Below, piece after piece: positions 1 through 8,655 of a stretch of 64,000 nucleotides of DNA. Made by a program: the position numbers and the translations under genes. The notes beneath the pieces are model-generated. The model was given only the letters and a program-made list of their open reading frames with translations, was not told the DNA's origin and ran no database searches. Origin of the DNA: an uncultured delta proteobacterium (GTDB lineage Bacteria; Bdellovibrionota; FAC87; UBA2466); NCBI GenBank assembly GCA_963778115.1, contig CAVZSV010000006.1:1-64000 (forward strand). Reading direction: 5' to 3'. Each line of letters starts with the position of its first letter. Position 1 is the first letter of the stretch.

Positions 1-618
1 CCCGCAAATCTCACACGCCGTAATTTGCGCGGGAGAAGCGGCGGGATTTCGGTTCCGGGCGAGGGTTCTCCGGTAGCAGGAACGGTTGGGTGTCCGGAAG
101 GCGGAGCAGGGCTGGCTGTGGCGGGAGAAACGGGGATCGCAATTAAACGTCTGAGTCCATATTCCATACTGATTTAAAGTCACCACTCGTTTAAAGAATC
201 CGTAGCTGCCCTGTCCTGCGATGGGCGAGAAATGATCATTTCCTGCCCAGACCTGCCGCGTGGCGACCGGTTCGATCGTTTCCGCGTAAAGGTAATAGTT
301 CTTATCCCGCGTCTTAGCGACGGTTTTAGTCTCACCGGGATTGAGCTCAAACCATCCGCCTACCATCCAGTTTCCGTTTTCATTGAAATAGTGGATGGCG
401 GCCTGAATCTTTCTCGGACAGGCGTTAGTATAGTTAATGGTGTCGTCGTTAAACACGGGACCGCCGCCGGCGCCCGACAGCGTCGAAACGGTTTCCCAAG
501 CAGCACAACCGCCCCAGATCCATTCCATGGTACATACGCTTTCCGCCCATGCGATGGGGGTGGCGAACAATAAGCCCAACAAGACTTTGCGACTCCAACT
601 TTGAAACGGTAGCTTCAT
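1..618 (-). CDS. Exported DUF1036-like protein, partial (runs off the window start); not in the ORF track
   Basis: ATG at 618 with GAAGGAG upstream. Manual translation MKLPFQSWSRKVLLGLLFATPIAWA (signal peptide) ... NACPRKIQAAIHYFNENGNWMVGGWFELNPGE, which resembles the DUF1036 N-C-x-W-GW-PG pattern. No stop before base 1. Confidence 0.7.
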   Translation of the reverse strand, partial: MKLPFQSWSRKVLLGLLFATPIAWAESVCTMEWIWGGCAAWETVSTLSGAGGGPVFNDDTINYTNACPRKIQAAIHYFNENGNWMVGGWFELNPGETKTVAKTRDKNYYLYAETIEPVATRQVWAGNDHFSPIAGQGSYGFFKRVVTLNQYGIWTQTFNCDPRFSRHSQPCSAFRTPNRSCYRRTLARNRNPAASPAQITACEICG

Positions 619-844
619 ATACTCTCCTTCACAGCCCACGAGGTTTAGATATTGTTGTGGCGCTTCCCTATTAGGAGTCCCTGTTAGCTAAGTCAATTGC
701 TGATTGTTACACGAAGAATCTTACCGTCGAGAAATGTTAGGTTGGGTCTGCAGATTTCACGGCTGGGCATAAAAATGTAGACGAGAAAATGAGATTGTCG
801 TATGAAAATCAACACGAAATCGTCGATAACGGGGAGTAATTCTT

Positions 845-1738
845 ATGACCGAATCTCGGCCGGCCCGGGGAGTTCTGCCGGAGCACAATCGATTTTTGTT
901 TCAAAAGTTACTTATCCGATCCTTCGTTCTTCCGGTGATCGCTTCCGTTTTGTTGGGGGCATCTTTTGTCGGCATGACTGTTTATCTAAGATCGCTCTCT
1001 TATTGGGTGGACCATACGGATGTCGTGATCGGTGAGGCATCCCGGGCTGAGTTAGAAATGTCGGGAATACAATCCTCATTGGCGAATTTTCTAATTTTCA
1101 AAGGCTCAGTTTTTTTGGATCAAGCTAAAGATAAGGAAGAGGGGATGGCCCAAAAAATCTCATCCCTGGAGGAATTGGTATCAGATAATCAGCCCCAGGT
1201 GGATTTGCTGGTCTCGATTGCTTCAGACTATCGCAGATGGAGTGACTCCGTTCACGCTGAGATTTCGACTGAACATGGGTCTAGCACTCCCGAGAAGGCA
1301 CTAATCGTCTATCAAAGGACGGAGCCTCTCATGAGGGAAATTCGGCAAAAGTTACCTGAAGTTAGGGGCGAAGGCGTCCAATTGGAGAGAGTATTTCAGA
1401 ATTTGGTTGGAAATGCGATTAAGTTTCGCAAAGGCAGACCTCACATTGTCATATCGGCGGGAAGAGAGGGGGCTTACTGGAGATTTTGTGTCGAAGACAA
1501 CGGAATAGGTATCGAAGGAGCTTATACTGACAAAATATTTGGTCTGTTTCAGCGTCTAAATAAGAGGACCGATTATCCCGGTTCTGGTATCGGACTTGCC
1601 GTGTGTAAGACAATCATTGAGTACCACGGCGGTAAACTCTGGGTGGAATCTGAAGAGAACAAGGGATCCAAGTTCTATTTTACTTTACGTCCGATAAACT
1701 CAAAAGAGGAAGTTAGCGATGCAAAACATACCGCATAA
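845..1738 (+). CDS. Sensor kinase remnant: TM + CHASE3 fused directly to HATPase_c, with no second TM and no HisKA domain
   Basis: CHASE3-like WVDHTDVVI...LVSDNQPQ...LMREIR. HATPase boxes QNLVGNAIKF, DNGIGI, FGLFQRL, GSGIGLA. No H-box. Confidence 0.75.
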   Translation: MTESRPARGVLPEHNRFLFQKLLIRSFVLPVIASVLLGASFVGMTVYLRSLSYWVDHTDVVIGEASRAELEMSGIQSSLANFLIFKGSVFLDQAKDKEEGMAQKISSLEELVSDNQPQVDLLVSIASDYRRWSDSVHAEISTEHGSSTPEKALIVYQRTEPLMREIRQKLPEVRGEGVQLERVFQNLVGNAIKFRKGRPHIVISAGREGAYWRFCVEDNGIGIEGAYTDKIFGLFQRLNKRTDYPGSGIGLAVCKTIIEYHGGKLWVESEENKGSKFYFTLRPINSKEEVSDAKHTA

Positions 1739-2174
1739 GATCTCGGTCCTAGCTGTTGAAGATAACGCGGCGGACACGGCAATGATCTCGTATCTGTTTT
1801 CCGAAAGTAAACTTGTGTCCGATATTAAATTTGTCGGCGATGGCGTTGAAGCTCTTGATTACCTAAAGCGAATAGGGAAATACGGTGGAGCGAGCCGTCC
1901 CGACGTGGTCTTATTAGACCTGAACCTTCCCAGGAAAGACGGTAGGGAGGTCCTCATCGAGATGAAAAAAGATCCTTCTCTTCGTCGCATCCCGGTTCTT
2001 GTCTTATCAACGTCAGACTCTCCCAAAGACGTTTGTCAGGCCTACGATCTGCAGGCGAGTGCATACTTTACGAAGCCTGATGATCTAAGTGATTTTCGCA
2101 GGACGGTAGGGGCTATCGAGAAGTATTGGACTCGAAGTATACTTCCCTCCATTTGCGATTCGATAATGCAATAG
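1719..2174 (+). CDS. Single-domain response regulator (Rcp1-like receiver)
   Basis: VEDN, LLDLNLPRKDGREVL, LSTS and YFTKP receiver motifs; overlaps the upstream kinase gene. Confidence 0.92.
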   Translation: MQNIPHKISVLAVEDNAADTAMISYLFSESKLVSDIKFVGDGVEALDYLKRIGKYGGASRPDVVLLDLNLPRKDGREVLIEMKKDPSLRRIPVLVLSTSDSPKDVCQAYDLQASAYFTKPDDLSDFRRTVGAIEKYWTRSILPSICDSIMQ

Positions 2175-2193
2175 ATCGGTAGCACCGTGGTAT

Positions 2194-3714
2194 TTATAGG
2201 GCGATGCTGTCCCTGTGGGTGGGGATAGCAGGAAGGGTGAAATAGAAGGTGGTTCCTTGGCCTGGACTAGATTTTGCCCAGATACTTCCTCCGTGCATCT
2301 CGACGATTCGCTTACAGGCGGCGAGTCCGATTCCGGTCCCTTTCCGGTCTGATTTGTTTCCCAGCCTTTGAAAGATCACAAAGATCCGAGAAGCATGCTT
2401 TTGTTCGAAACCCATTCCGTTGTCGGTTACGGTGAACAGGAAACGATCGCTAACAGGTTTTGCTGCAATTTCGATCTGGGGAGGCTCTTCTCCATGGTAC
2501 TTGATCGCATTGTCGATAAGGTTCTGAAACAGGCGAATCAGTTGGCTTTCGGAGCCGGCTACCGTAGGCAGGGGAGAGTACGTGAAGGTAGCTCCGGACT
2601 CTTGAATCAACAATTTAAGATTATGAAGTGTTCTTTCCACCACGAGCGAAGTGTCTACAGGCTCGGTTTGAGGAGGTTCCTGCCCCAGGCGGCAATAGCC
2701 TAATAGCTCCGAAATGAGCACCTGCATTCGAGCGGCTCCATCGACAGCAAATCCGATAAATTCGTCGGCGGTCCCGTCTAGTTTTCCCTGGTACCGCTTG
2801 GTCAGCAGAGCCAGATAAGAGGTAATCATTCGCAAGGGTTCCTGCAGATCATGCGACACCGCATAGGCAAACTGTTCAAGATCGCGGTTTGAAACCGCTA
2901 GCTGCCTGGTGGTCTCGGCGAGCTTGGACTGCAATTTGCGGTAAGCGATAAATTTATAGCAAAACGCGATGAGATAGGCCGAAAGCTCAAGTCCGTGAAG
3001 CAACCACCATCTAGGTCCCCAGAGGTAGGTCAGGGGTAAGCAGAGGCAGCTAACGGAAGAGAACAAAGCGATGCTCAGAAGAGGGGCATCATAATCTTCC
3101 ATCCGATTACGTCGGACGAAAAAGCCGAAATAAAACGTCAGCAAGAAATTAAAGCCGGAAATGACATTTAACGTGTTAACTGAAGCGCTGAACCAGATGC
3201 CCTTTAGTCCCAGCGGAAGCAAGTCCTCATAGACGAGCATGAGAATTCCCAGAGTAATGCAACCTCCCAAAGCGAAGTAAGGGATGAGGGGAATTACCTT
3301 TCGCCCCTTGCCTTGTGGCGCTATCGGAAGCCAGGCCAGAAGAAAGAAGAAACTCATGAAGAGATGGCCCAAAAGGGCAAGCCAGACCATGGCCTTGAGT
3401 TGTTCGGTGAACGAATTAACAACGGCAAAACTAGCGAAAGAAAAAAGTCCAGAAGCGACGAATCCATAAGAGCTTCCACCCCGGTATTTTGAAGAGAGCA
3501 CCAAAAGGATAGCGAGGTTAAACGCGATATATGCGTTGAGTCCGTTACAGATAGAATCGACTCTGGGGTTTGGATAAATTGCCGTTGGAGGAAACAGGAT
3601 CGACCATCCGTAAACCGCAAGCACCACGAATGCGGGTATTGAACACAAAAGGACCTGCCAATTGATCTTGGGTTTGGCGGTGGTGGATACCGGGGCATGG
3701 GCGCTCGTAATCAT
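2194..3714 (-). CDS. Multi-TM sensor histidine kinase with Cph1-type HisKA and HATPase
   Basis: About 8 hydrophobic helices, then SNRDLEQFAYAVSHDLQEPLRMI (H-box), NLIDNAIKY, DNGMG, GTGIGLA. Confidence 0.92.
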   Translation of the reverse strand: MITSAHAPVSTTAKPKINWQVLLCSIPAFVVLAVYGWSILFPPTAIYPNPRVDSICNGLNAYIAFNLAILLVLSSKYRGGSSYGFVASGLFSFASFAVVNSFTEQLKAMVWLALLGHLFMSFFFLLAWLPIAPQGKGRKVIPLIPYFALGGCITLGILMLVYEDLLPLGLKGIWFSASVNTLNVISGFNFLLTFYFGFFVRRNRMEDYDAPLLSIALFSSVSCLCLPLTYLWGPRWWLLHGLELSAYLIAFCYKFIAYRKLQSKLAETTRQLAVSNRDLEQFAYAVSHDLQEPLRMITSYLALLTKRYQGKLDGTADEFIGFAVDGAARMQVLISELLGYCRLGQEPPQTEPVDTSLVVERTLHNLKLLIQESGATFTYSPLPTVAGSESQLIRLFQNLIDNAIKYHGEEPPQIEIAAKPVSDRFLFTVTDNGMGFEQKHASRIFVIFQRLGNKSDRKGTGIGLAACKRIVEMHGGSIWAKSSPGQGTTFYFTLPAIPTHRDSIAL

Positions 3715-3859
3715 TTCACCCTGTTACCTTTGGCTGCTCCAAATGCCAACCCTGTTTCTTGGCTCGCTGATTTGCCGTTGCTATCCCGCGGAAAAAGTGC
3801 AACATGTTTTCATTTTGACGGCGAGGGCCGGTGGTGAAGTTCCCGAGGGGAGTTAGTTT

Positions 3860-6283
3860 ATGAAGCGTGTGTTTTCGTGGGGGGCGATCGTCCTTTTTCT
3901 ATCATTCTCCCAAGCAAGTTTGGGTAGCACGGAAGGATCCATTAGAGGCCAGGTAACCGATACTCAGCAAGTCGGTGTTTTTAATGCAAGAGTTAAGGTT
4001 ATTAGCAGTGCTGGCAAGCTGGTTAAGCAGACGGTATCGAGCGCCACGGGAGACTTCAGTCTCTTTCCGATTGAATTCGGAGATTACACGGTTCAAGTGG
4101 ATGCGCCGGGCTTAGGCAGCTACTCTTCGCAAGTGCACGTCAATTCGGGGGCGGTTACGGAAGTGAATGCTCGATTGGCTCCTTCCGAAATGGTGGTTAA
4201 GGTTACGGGAAAAAAGCGGGCGAAGATACAAGCCTCGGAGTCACGCAGTAGCATCAATATCACGAAAGAAGAGATCGCCGATCTCCCGCAAGGCGATACG
4301 GTCAAATTACCGAAGCTAATTACCTCCACCACTCCCGGTGTGGTTTCGGGAGCTTTCGGGCAAATGTTTTTCCGCGGCAATCACGCAAGCATCCAGTATC
4401 AAATCGATGGCGTTCAACTTCCCGATTCTCCTTCGAATACTTTTGGAGAAGCGCTGACTCCTAGAAACATCGATCACATGGAGATTATTACCGGCGGCAT
4501 TCCGGCGGAATATGGAGAAAGACTGGCTGCCGTCATCAATATCGTCTCTAAGTCGGGACCTGAAACTCCGGGTGGTAGTGCCGAGGTGAATTACGGAACG
4601 TATAACACGTTTTCTCCCACGGTTACTGTCGGAGGATCTTCCGCTACTGGCAATCTGCATTATTTTGTTTCCGCTAATTACAACCGAACCGATCGCGGAT
4701 TGGACACCCCGGAGCCGATCAGTAGTTCTAACGTCCAAACGGGCGGCTCGGATGTGATTCACGATACCTCCAGCGGGAATAACGAATTCTTGAAATTAGA
4801 TTGGCTGCCCGATAACTCTAATAAGCTCACCTTTATAGTTTTTAATTCGATGAGCAATTTTCAAATTCCCAATTATCCTTCGTCCTTTGCCTCTAGCCCT
4901 CTCTTTGTTAATGGAGATTCCTACGGAAATCCCCCTTATAACTATCTGCCTCCGAATACGAATGATACTCAGACGAACCAAGACACTTATGCAGAAGTTG
5001 TCTGGAAACATACCTTTTCAGATCGAACGTTTCTGCAGGTGGCTCCTTTCTTTAAATATTCCAAAGTGGTCGTTAACAACGATCCTACGAACGATTTGGC
5101 GGGCGCTTCCATTGCTGGACCCAATCCCCCTGTCTATGCATCTTTTTATGAAAATAGGCCCGTAAACAATATTGGACTTAAGACCGATTTCACCTGGAGA
5201 CCGAACGACTCTCATTTGGTAAAGACGGGAATTTTGCTTCAGACTTCCAACGCATCGGGTAGCTATAGTATTCAGACGGCACAAAACGGGGCGACACTCC
5301 CTTACGACACAGTACCTTACGTCAATTCGACACCCAATTACGGTTATTTCGAGAGTATTTATGCGCAAGACGATTTTACTATTCTAAAAGGTAGGCGGTT
5401 CATCGATTCTCTCGTGTTAAACGCGGGGCTTCGGTTTGACGCGACCCAGTTTATTCTCGGAGGAGGGGCCAATCCTACCGATTCCTCTCTCCAACCCAGG
5501 ATCGGCCTCAGCTATTCGCCTTGGCCTTCCACCAAAATTCACGCCTTCTACGGGAGGTTGTTCCAACCCGCTCCGCTTCAAAATTTGCAGGCGGCTTTCG
5601 TAGCGACAGGGGGAGGACAAGCAACTCCCTATAACATTCAGGCGGAAAAAGCAGATTTTTATGAGGTGGGAATCGCTCACGAGTTCGAGAAAATTAATCA
5701 GGTGGTATCTCTTACCTATTATAGAAAGAACGCGCAAAATCTTCTCGACGACTCTGAGCTTTTTAATACTGCGATTGCTCAGCCGGTCAATTTCAGCGAT
5801 GGCTTTGTTTATGGTACCGAGGTTTCCATTCGCGGTCAGATAACCGAAGAGTTGAGCAACTATCTTAACTACTCCTACAGCATTGCGCAGGGCGAAGGAT
5901 TAAGTGGTGGGCTGTTCACGCTTCCCGTCGGACAATCAGTAACTCCGGGGTACCAATATCTGGATCACGCGCAAATGCATACGTTGAACGCGGGCCTTAC
6001 GTTCAAACGAAAAAATTATTGGGTCACGTTGCAAGGCTTTTATGGAAGTGGTTTACGTACGGGAGATAACAATTCTTTGGAGCTGCCTCACCACTTCACG
6101 ATGGATGCTACCGTCGGTTATGAATTTCACGGGGCTAAGTGGTGGAACTCGGGCGTAAAAGTTTCCATGGACATCCTAAACATGTGGAATAACCAGTATC
6201 CCATCTCGGTAGCCAACGGTTTTAACGGATCTCACTATGCCGCCGGGCGCTTTTTGTATTTTCACTTAGTGAAAGAGTTCTAA
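3860..6283 (+). CDS. TonB-dependent outer-membrane receptor with N-terminal carboxypeptidase-regulatory-like domain
   Basis: Signal peptide; GSIRGQVTD...GDYTVQV prealbumin-like domain; plug motifs FRG...YQIDGV and IITGGIPAEYGERLAAVINIVSKSG; LNAGLRFD, QPRIGLSY; terminal Phe. Confidence 0.9.
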   Translation: MKRVFSWGAIVLFLSFSQASLGSTEGSIRGQVTDTQQVGVFNARVKVISSAGKLVKQTVSSATGDFSLFPIEFGDYTVQVDAPGLGSYSSQVHVNSGAVTEVNARLAPSEMVVKVTGKKRAKIQASESRSSINITKEEIADLPQGDTVKLPKLITSTTPGVVSGAFGQMFFRGNHASIQYQIDGVQLPDSPSNTFGEALTPRNIDHMEIITGGIPAEYGERLAAVINIVSKSGPETPGGSAEVNYGTYNTFSPTVTVGGSSATGNLHYFVSANYNRTDRGLDTPEPISSSNVQTGGSDVIHDTSSGNNEFLKLDWLPDNSNKLTFIVFNSMSNFQIPNYPSSFASSPLFVNGDSYGNPPYNYLPPNTNDTQTNQDTYAEVVWKHTFSDRTFLQVAPFFKYSKVVVNNDPTNDLAGASIAGPNPPVYASFYENRPVNNIGLKTDFTWRPNDSHLVKTGILLQTSNASGSYSIQTAQNGATLPYDTVPYVNSTPNYGYFESIYAQDDFTILKGRRFIDSLVLNAGLRFDATQFILGGGANPTDSSLQPRIGLSYSPWPSTKIHAFYGRLFQPAPLQNLQAAFVATGGGQATPYNIQAEKADFYEVGIAHEFEKINQVVSLTYYRKNAQNLLDDSELFNTAIAQPVNFSDGFVYGTEVSIRGQITEELSNYLNYSYSIAQGEGLSGGLFTLPVGQSVTPGYQYLDHAQMHTLNAGLTFKRKNYWVTLQGFYGSGLRTGDNNSLELPHHFTMDATVGYEFHGAKWWNSGVKVSMDILNMWNNQYPISVANGFNGSHYAAGRFLYFHLVKEF

Positions 6284-6379
6284 TCCAAAGCCATGGTAGA
6301 TAATTGATTCCCTTATTTCATTAGGATATAGAGTACGCACACTTAAGAGGGCGGGGCGAAGTGAAAGTTGTATATTGTC

Positions 6380-7642
6380 ATGAAGTTAGTGAAAATAGTT
6401 GCCCCTGCTTTAGGATTAGTTCTGTTTTCGGTTCTTCTGCCCCGATCTGTATTTGGGGGTGAATCGCTATCCAGCCTTCCGCGTCCCCAAGACTTTGCCG
6501 CTGCGGCTTCCTCTATTCTTAGATTTCCCCTTTCATGGCAGCTTTTCATTGAAGGGGAGTTCAGTTACGCGCGAATAAGAGAAGTTAAGCAGGGCATGGG
6601 AGAATTTCTGAACGACGTGATGGGGCCCACCCGCGAAAATCAAGTCGCAGCCTTTCTTACTCAGATGAATATCGGAACCCGAATCGGCGATATTTGTACG
6701 GGGTTTGATCTTCCGGTCGAAGACTGCTTTGCGACTTTGCTCTCGGCTCCCAAACGGCGTAAATGGAAAGAACCTAAGACCTTAGGTAGAGTGCTGCAAT
6801 TAAGAAACAAGATCCTCAGGCGACTTTCTGACGAGGAGTTCTTTGAGGTCTTTTCTTCCTTTTTTGCTCAGAAAGTCATTCCGAAAATCCTCAGAATTAG
6901 TATCGACCACACTTTAAAAGAGCCCAAGAAGTTGCGATCGGTTAAAGCCCTGGCCACTTCCAAGAAAGTCTCCGTGGAATATTACTATGGGCTAAATCGA
7001 CAAAGATTTTTCTCCCAGGATTTCGATCTGTCTGATTTTGAATTGGAATGGTTAAATGCGAGGACTGAACTTGGGCAAATAGCCGGAATTGATCTGACTA
7101 CCAACGTTCCCGGAAGAATGGAAACCCTTGGTTTGGGTCTAGAGTTGCGTCCTGCTTATCAAAGAATGGAAAAGCTCTTTCGCATGGTCTCTCGAGCGAA
7201 GATTCCTTTGCGTGTGACGATGTACCCGGAAGTCAGCTCACAGAACATTTTCTATCAGGCGATGGGAGCCTCCCTGTCCCATTGGCGTGAACCTATCAAT
7301 TTAGTATTTGTCGTGGGAGATGAGATAGGGTCCGACTGGGTTTCGCAGGTCAAACGCTGGCCTCAATCCAAAGATCATTCGGTGGTAGTCGAAGTGAATT
7401 TAGCATGGCCCGCAGTTCAGGGCTCTCTGCCAGACCAAGAGTGGGCGGGAATCCTTGGCCGTTATTACCGCGAGGGCTTAGGGGTTCAAGCCTCTTACGA
7501 TGGGATTGGCGTCCTTGGTCAGACGTTGGCATGGACGTCAGGAGTCGTGCAAGATCTTGCTCAGGTCATCGAAATGCCTTTTACGAGTTTGCCTGTGGAA
7601 TTCCGTGTTGACTGCGGAATGAGTGTGGATAGCCAGCAATAG
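6380..7642 (+). CDS. Exported hypothetical protein with a degenerate adenosine-deaminase-like barrel
   Basis: N-terminal hydrophobic signal; C-terminal half has ordered ADA-like segments IAGIDL, RAKIPLRVTMYPE, VVVEVN and GLGVQASYDG. Start placed at ATG 6380 rather than TTG 6368. Confidence 0.55.
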   Translation: MKLVKIVAPALGLVLFSVLLPRSVFGGESLSSLPRPQDFAAAASSILRFPLSWQLFIEGEFSYARIREVKQGMGEFLNDVMGPTRENQVAAFLTQMNIGTRIGDICTGFDLPVEDCFATLLSAPKRRKWKEPKTLGRVLQLRNKILRRLSDEEFFEVFSSFFAQKVIPKILRISIDHTLKEPKKLRSVKALATSKKVSVEYYYGLNRQRFFSQDFDLSDFELEWLNARTELGQIAGIDLTTNVPGRMETLGLGLELRPAYQRMEKLFRMVSRAKIPLRVTMYPEVSSQNIFYQAMGASLSHWREPINLVFVVGDEIGSDWVSQVKRWPQSKDHSVVVEVNLAWPAVQGSLPDQEWAGILGRYYREGLGVQASYDGIGVLGQTLAWTSGVVQDLAQVIEMPFTSLPVEFRVDCGMSVDSQQ

Positions 7643-7727
7643 CGACGTTGTCGTTACGCGCCACGTCTTGATGGCACTGGCTGTCGGGTTTACCTTCCTG
7701 TTCAACTGAAAGTCTACCGGGGGAACT

Positions 7728-8531
7728 ATGACTCAGCTTATTCAAAAATGTCTAACCATTGGGATCGCTCTTTCCATGACTTCTGCTTTCGCTATTACCC
7801 ATCCGCCGCAGTTGCGCGGTATCGAGAACGATCATGCGAAACATTTGGATTCGGTTCCGGTAACCGAAACGCTTCTTTTCACCGGGGCTTTTCAACTTCC
7901 CCCCGGAGAGAGCCAATGGAACATTAACTTCACCACCCCGGTCGGTACCAGCCCTCTTAGAGTTACCTATTTTGCCGATCCGAGCTGTCCGGTCGCACCC
8001 CTGCTCAACGTTCAGGTTAAGCCGGTATCGACCGATGCCTGGGAATTGACCACGGTAACGGCAGGATTGGATTATTATTCCGGAGGCCCTATCTCGAGCG
8101 TTCTTTTTTCCATCGAACAAAATGGAGCCTTAACGGAAACGTGTACTTTCAATCTATTTCAGGAAAATGCTACGGGAACCGATCCTGGAGATCCCACCAC
8201 TCAGCCTTCGACTCTCGTGGGGGCTCTCACTTATAGTGGAGGATTCGCACAAAATCTTTCGGTAGATGTGAAGCCTTCGACTCAGACGGTGACTGCGGTT
8301 CGCATCGATGTTCCCGCTTTCTGCTCCAATGTGGACATTCTTGAAGTCGCTACAGTGACCAACGGGATAAGCGAGCAAGCAACCCTGCTAAAGACCTCTA
8401 ATGGAAGTAACGTCTATGAAGTGAATGGCGGATCAGGGGCTCAGATTACTTCGGTTCAGGCTAGTCTAAATGGTCCTTCGGGATCTTCTTGCACGTTGCC
8501 GGTGTACATCACTTCGGCGCCGTCGCGATAA
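7728..8531 (+). CDS. Exported beta-rich hypothetical protein with two Cys-pair domains
   Basis: GGGGG RBS-like run; signal peptide ending SAFA; Thr/Ser/Gly-rich. Confidence 0.75.
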   Translation: MTQLIQKCLTIGIALSMTSAFAITHPPQLRGIENDHAKHLDSVPVTETLLFTGAFQLPPGESQWNINFTTPVGTSPLRVTYFADPSCPVAPLLNVQVKPVSTDAWELTTVTAGLDYYSGGPISSVLFSIEQNGALTETCTFNLFQENATGTDPGDPTTQPSTLVGALTYSGGFAQNLSVDVKPSTQTVTAVRIDVPAFCSNVDILEVATVTNGISEQATLLKTSNGSNVYEVNGGSGAQITSVQASLNGPSGSSCTLPVYITSAPSR

Positions 8532-8655
8532 CAACAGTCCCCATGAGCGACTGACATCTGGGCGCATACGTACCGTTACAGTGGGGAGACCTCCCTGGAG
8601 TTTGAGAGCTGATTTGCATTGGCTGGGTTCGGCAATCGTGTTTTAATTTTTTGAT

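Noticed and set aside
232..573. 113-aa plus-strand ORF from the track
   Set aside because: Antisense shadow of the minus-strand gene starting at 618, which has an RBS, a signal peptide and a recognisable domain.
3760..3777. Sigma-54 promoter upstream of the TonB-dependent receptor (TTGGCTCGCTGATTTGCC)
   Set aside because: GG-to-GC spacing is 11 nt, not the required 10.
8532..8655. Thr/Ile leader-peptide attenuator or riboswitch upstream of thrA
   Set aside because: No Thr-rich mini-ORF, no convincing terminator hairpin and no recognisable riboswitch or T-box motif.
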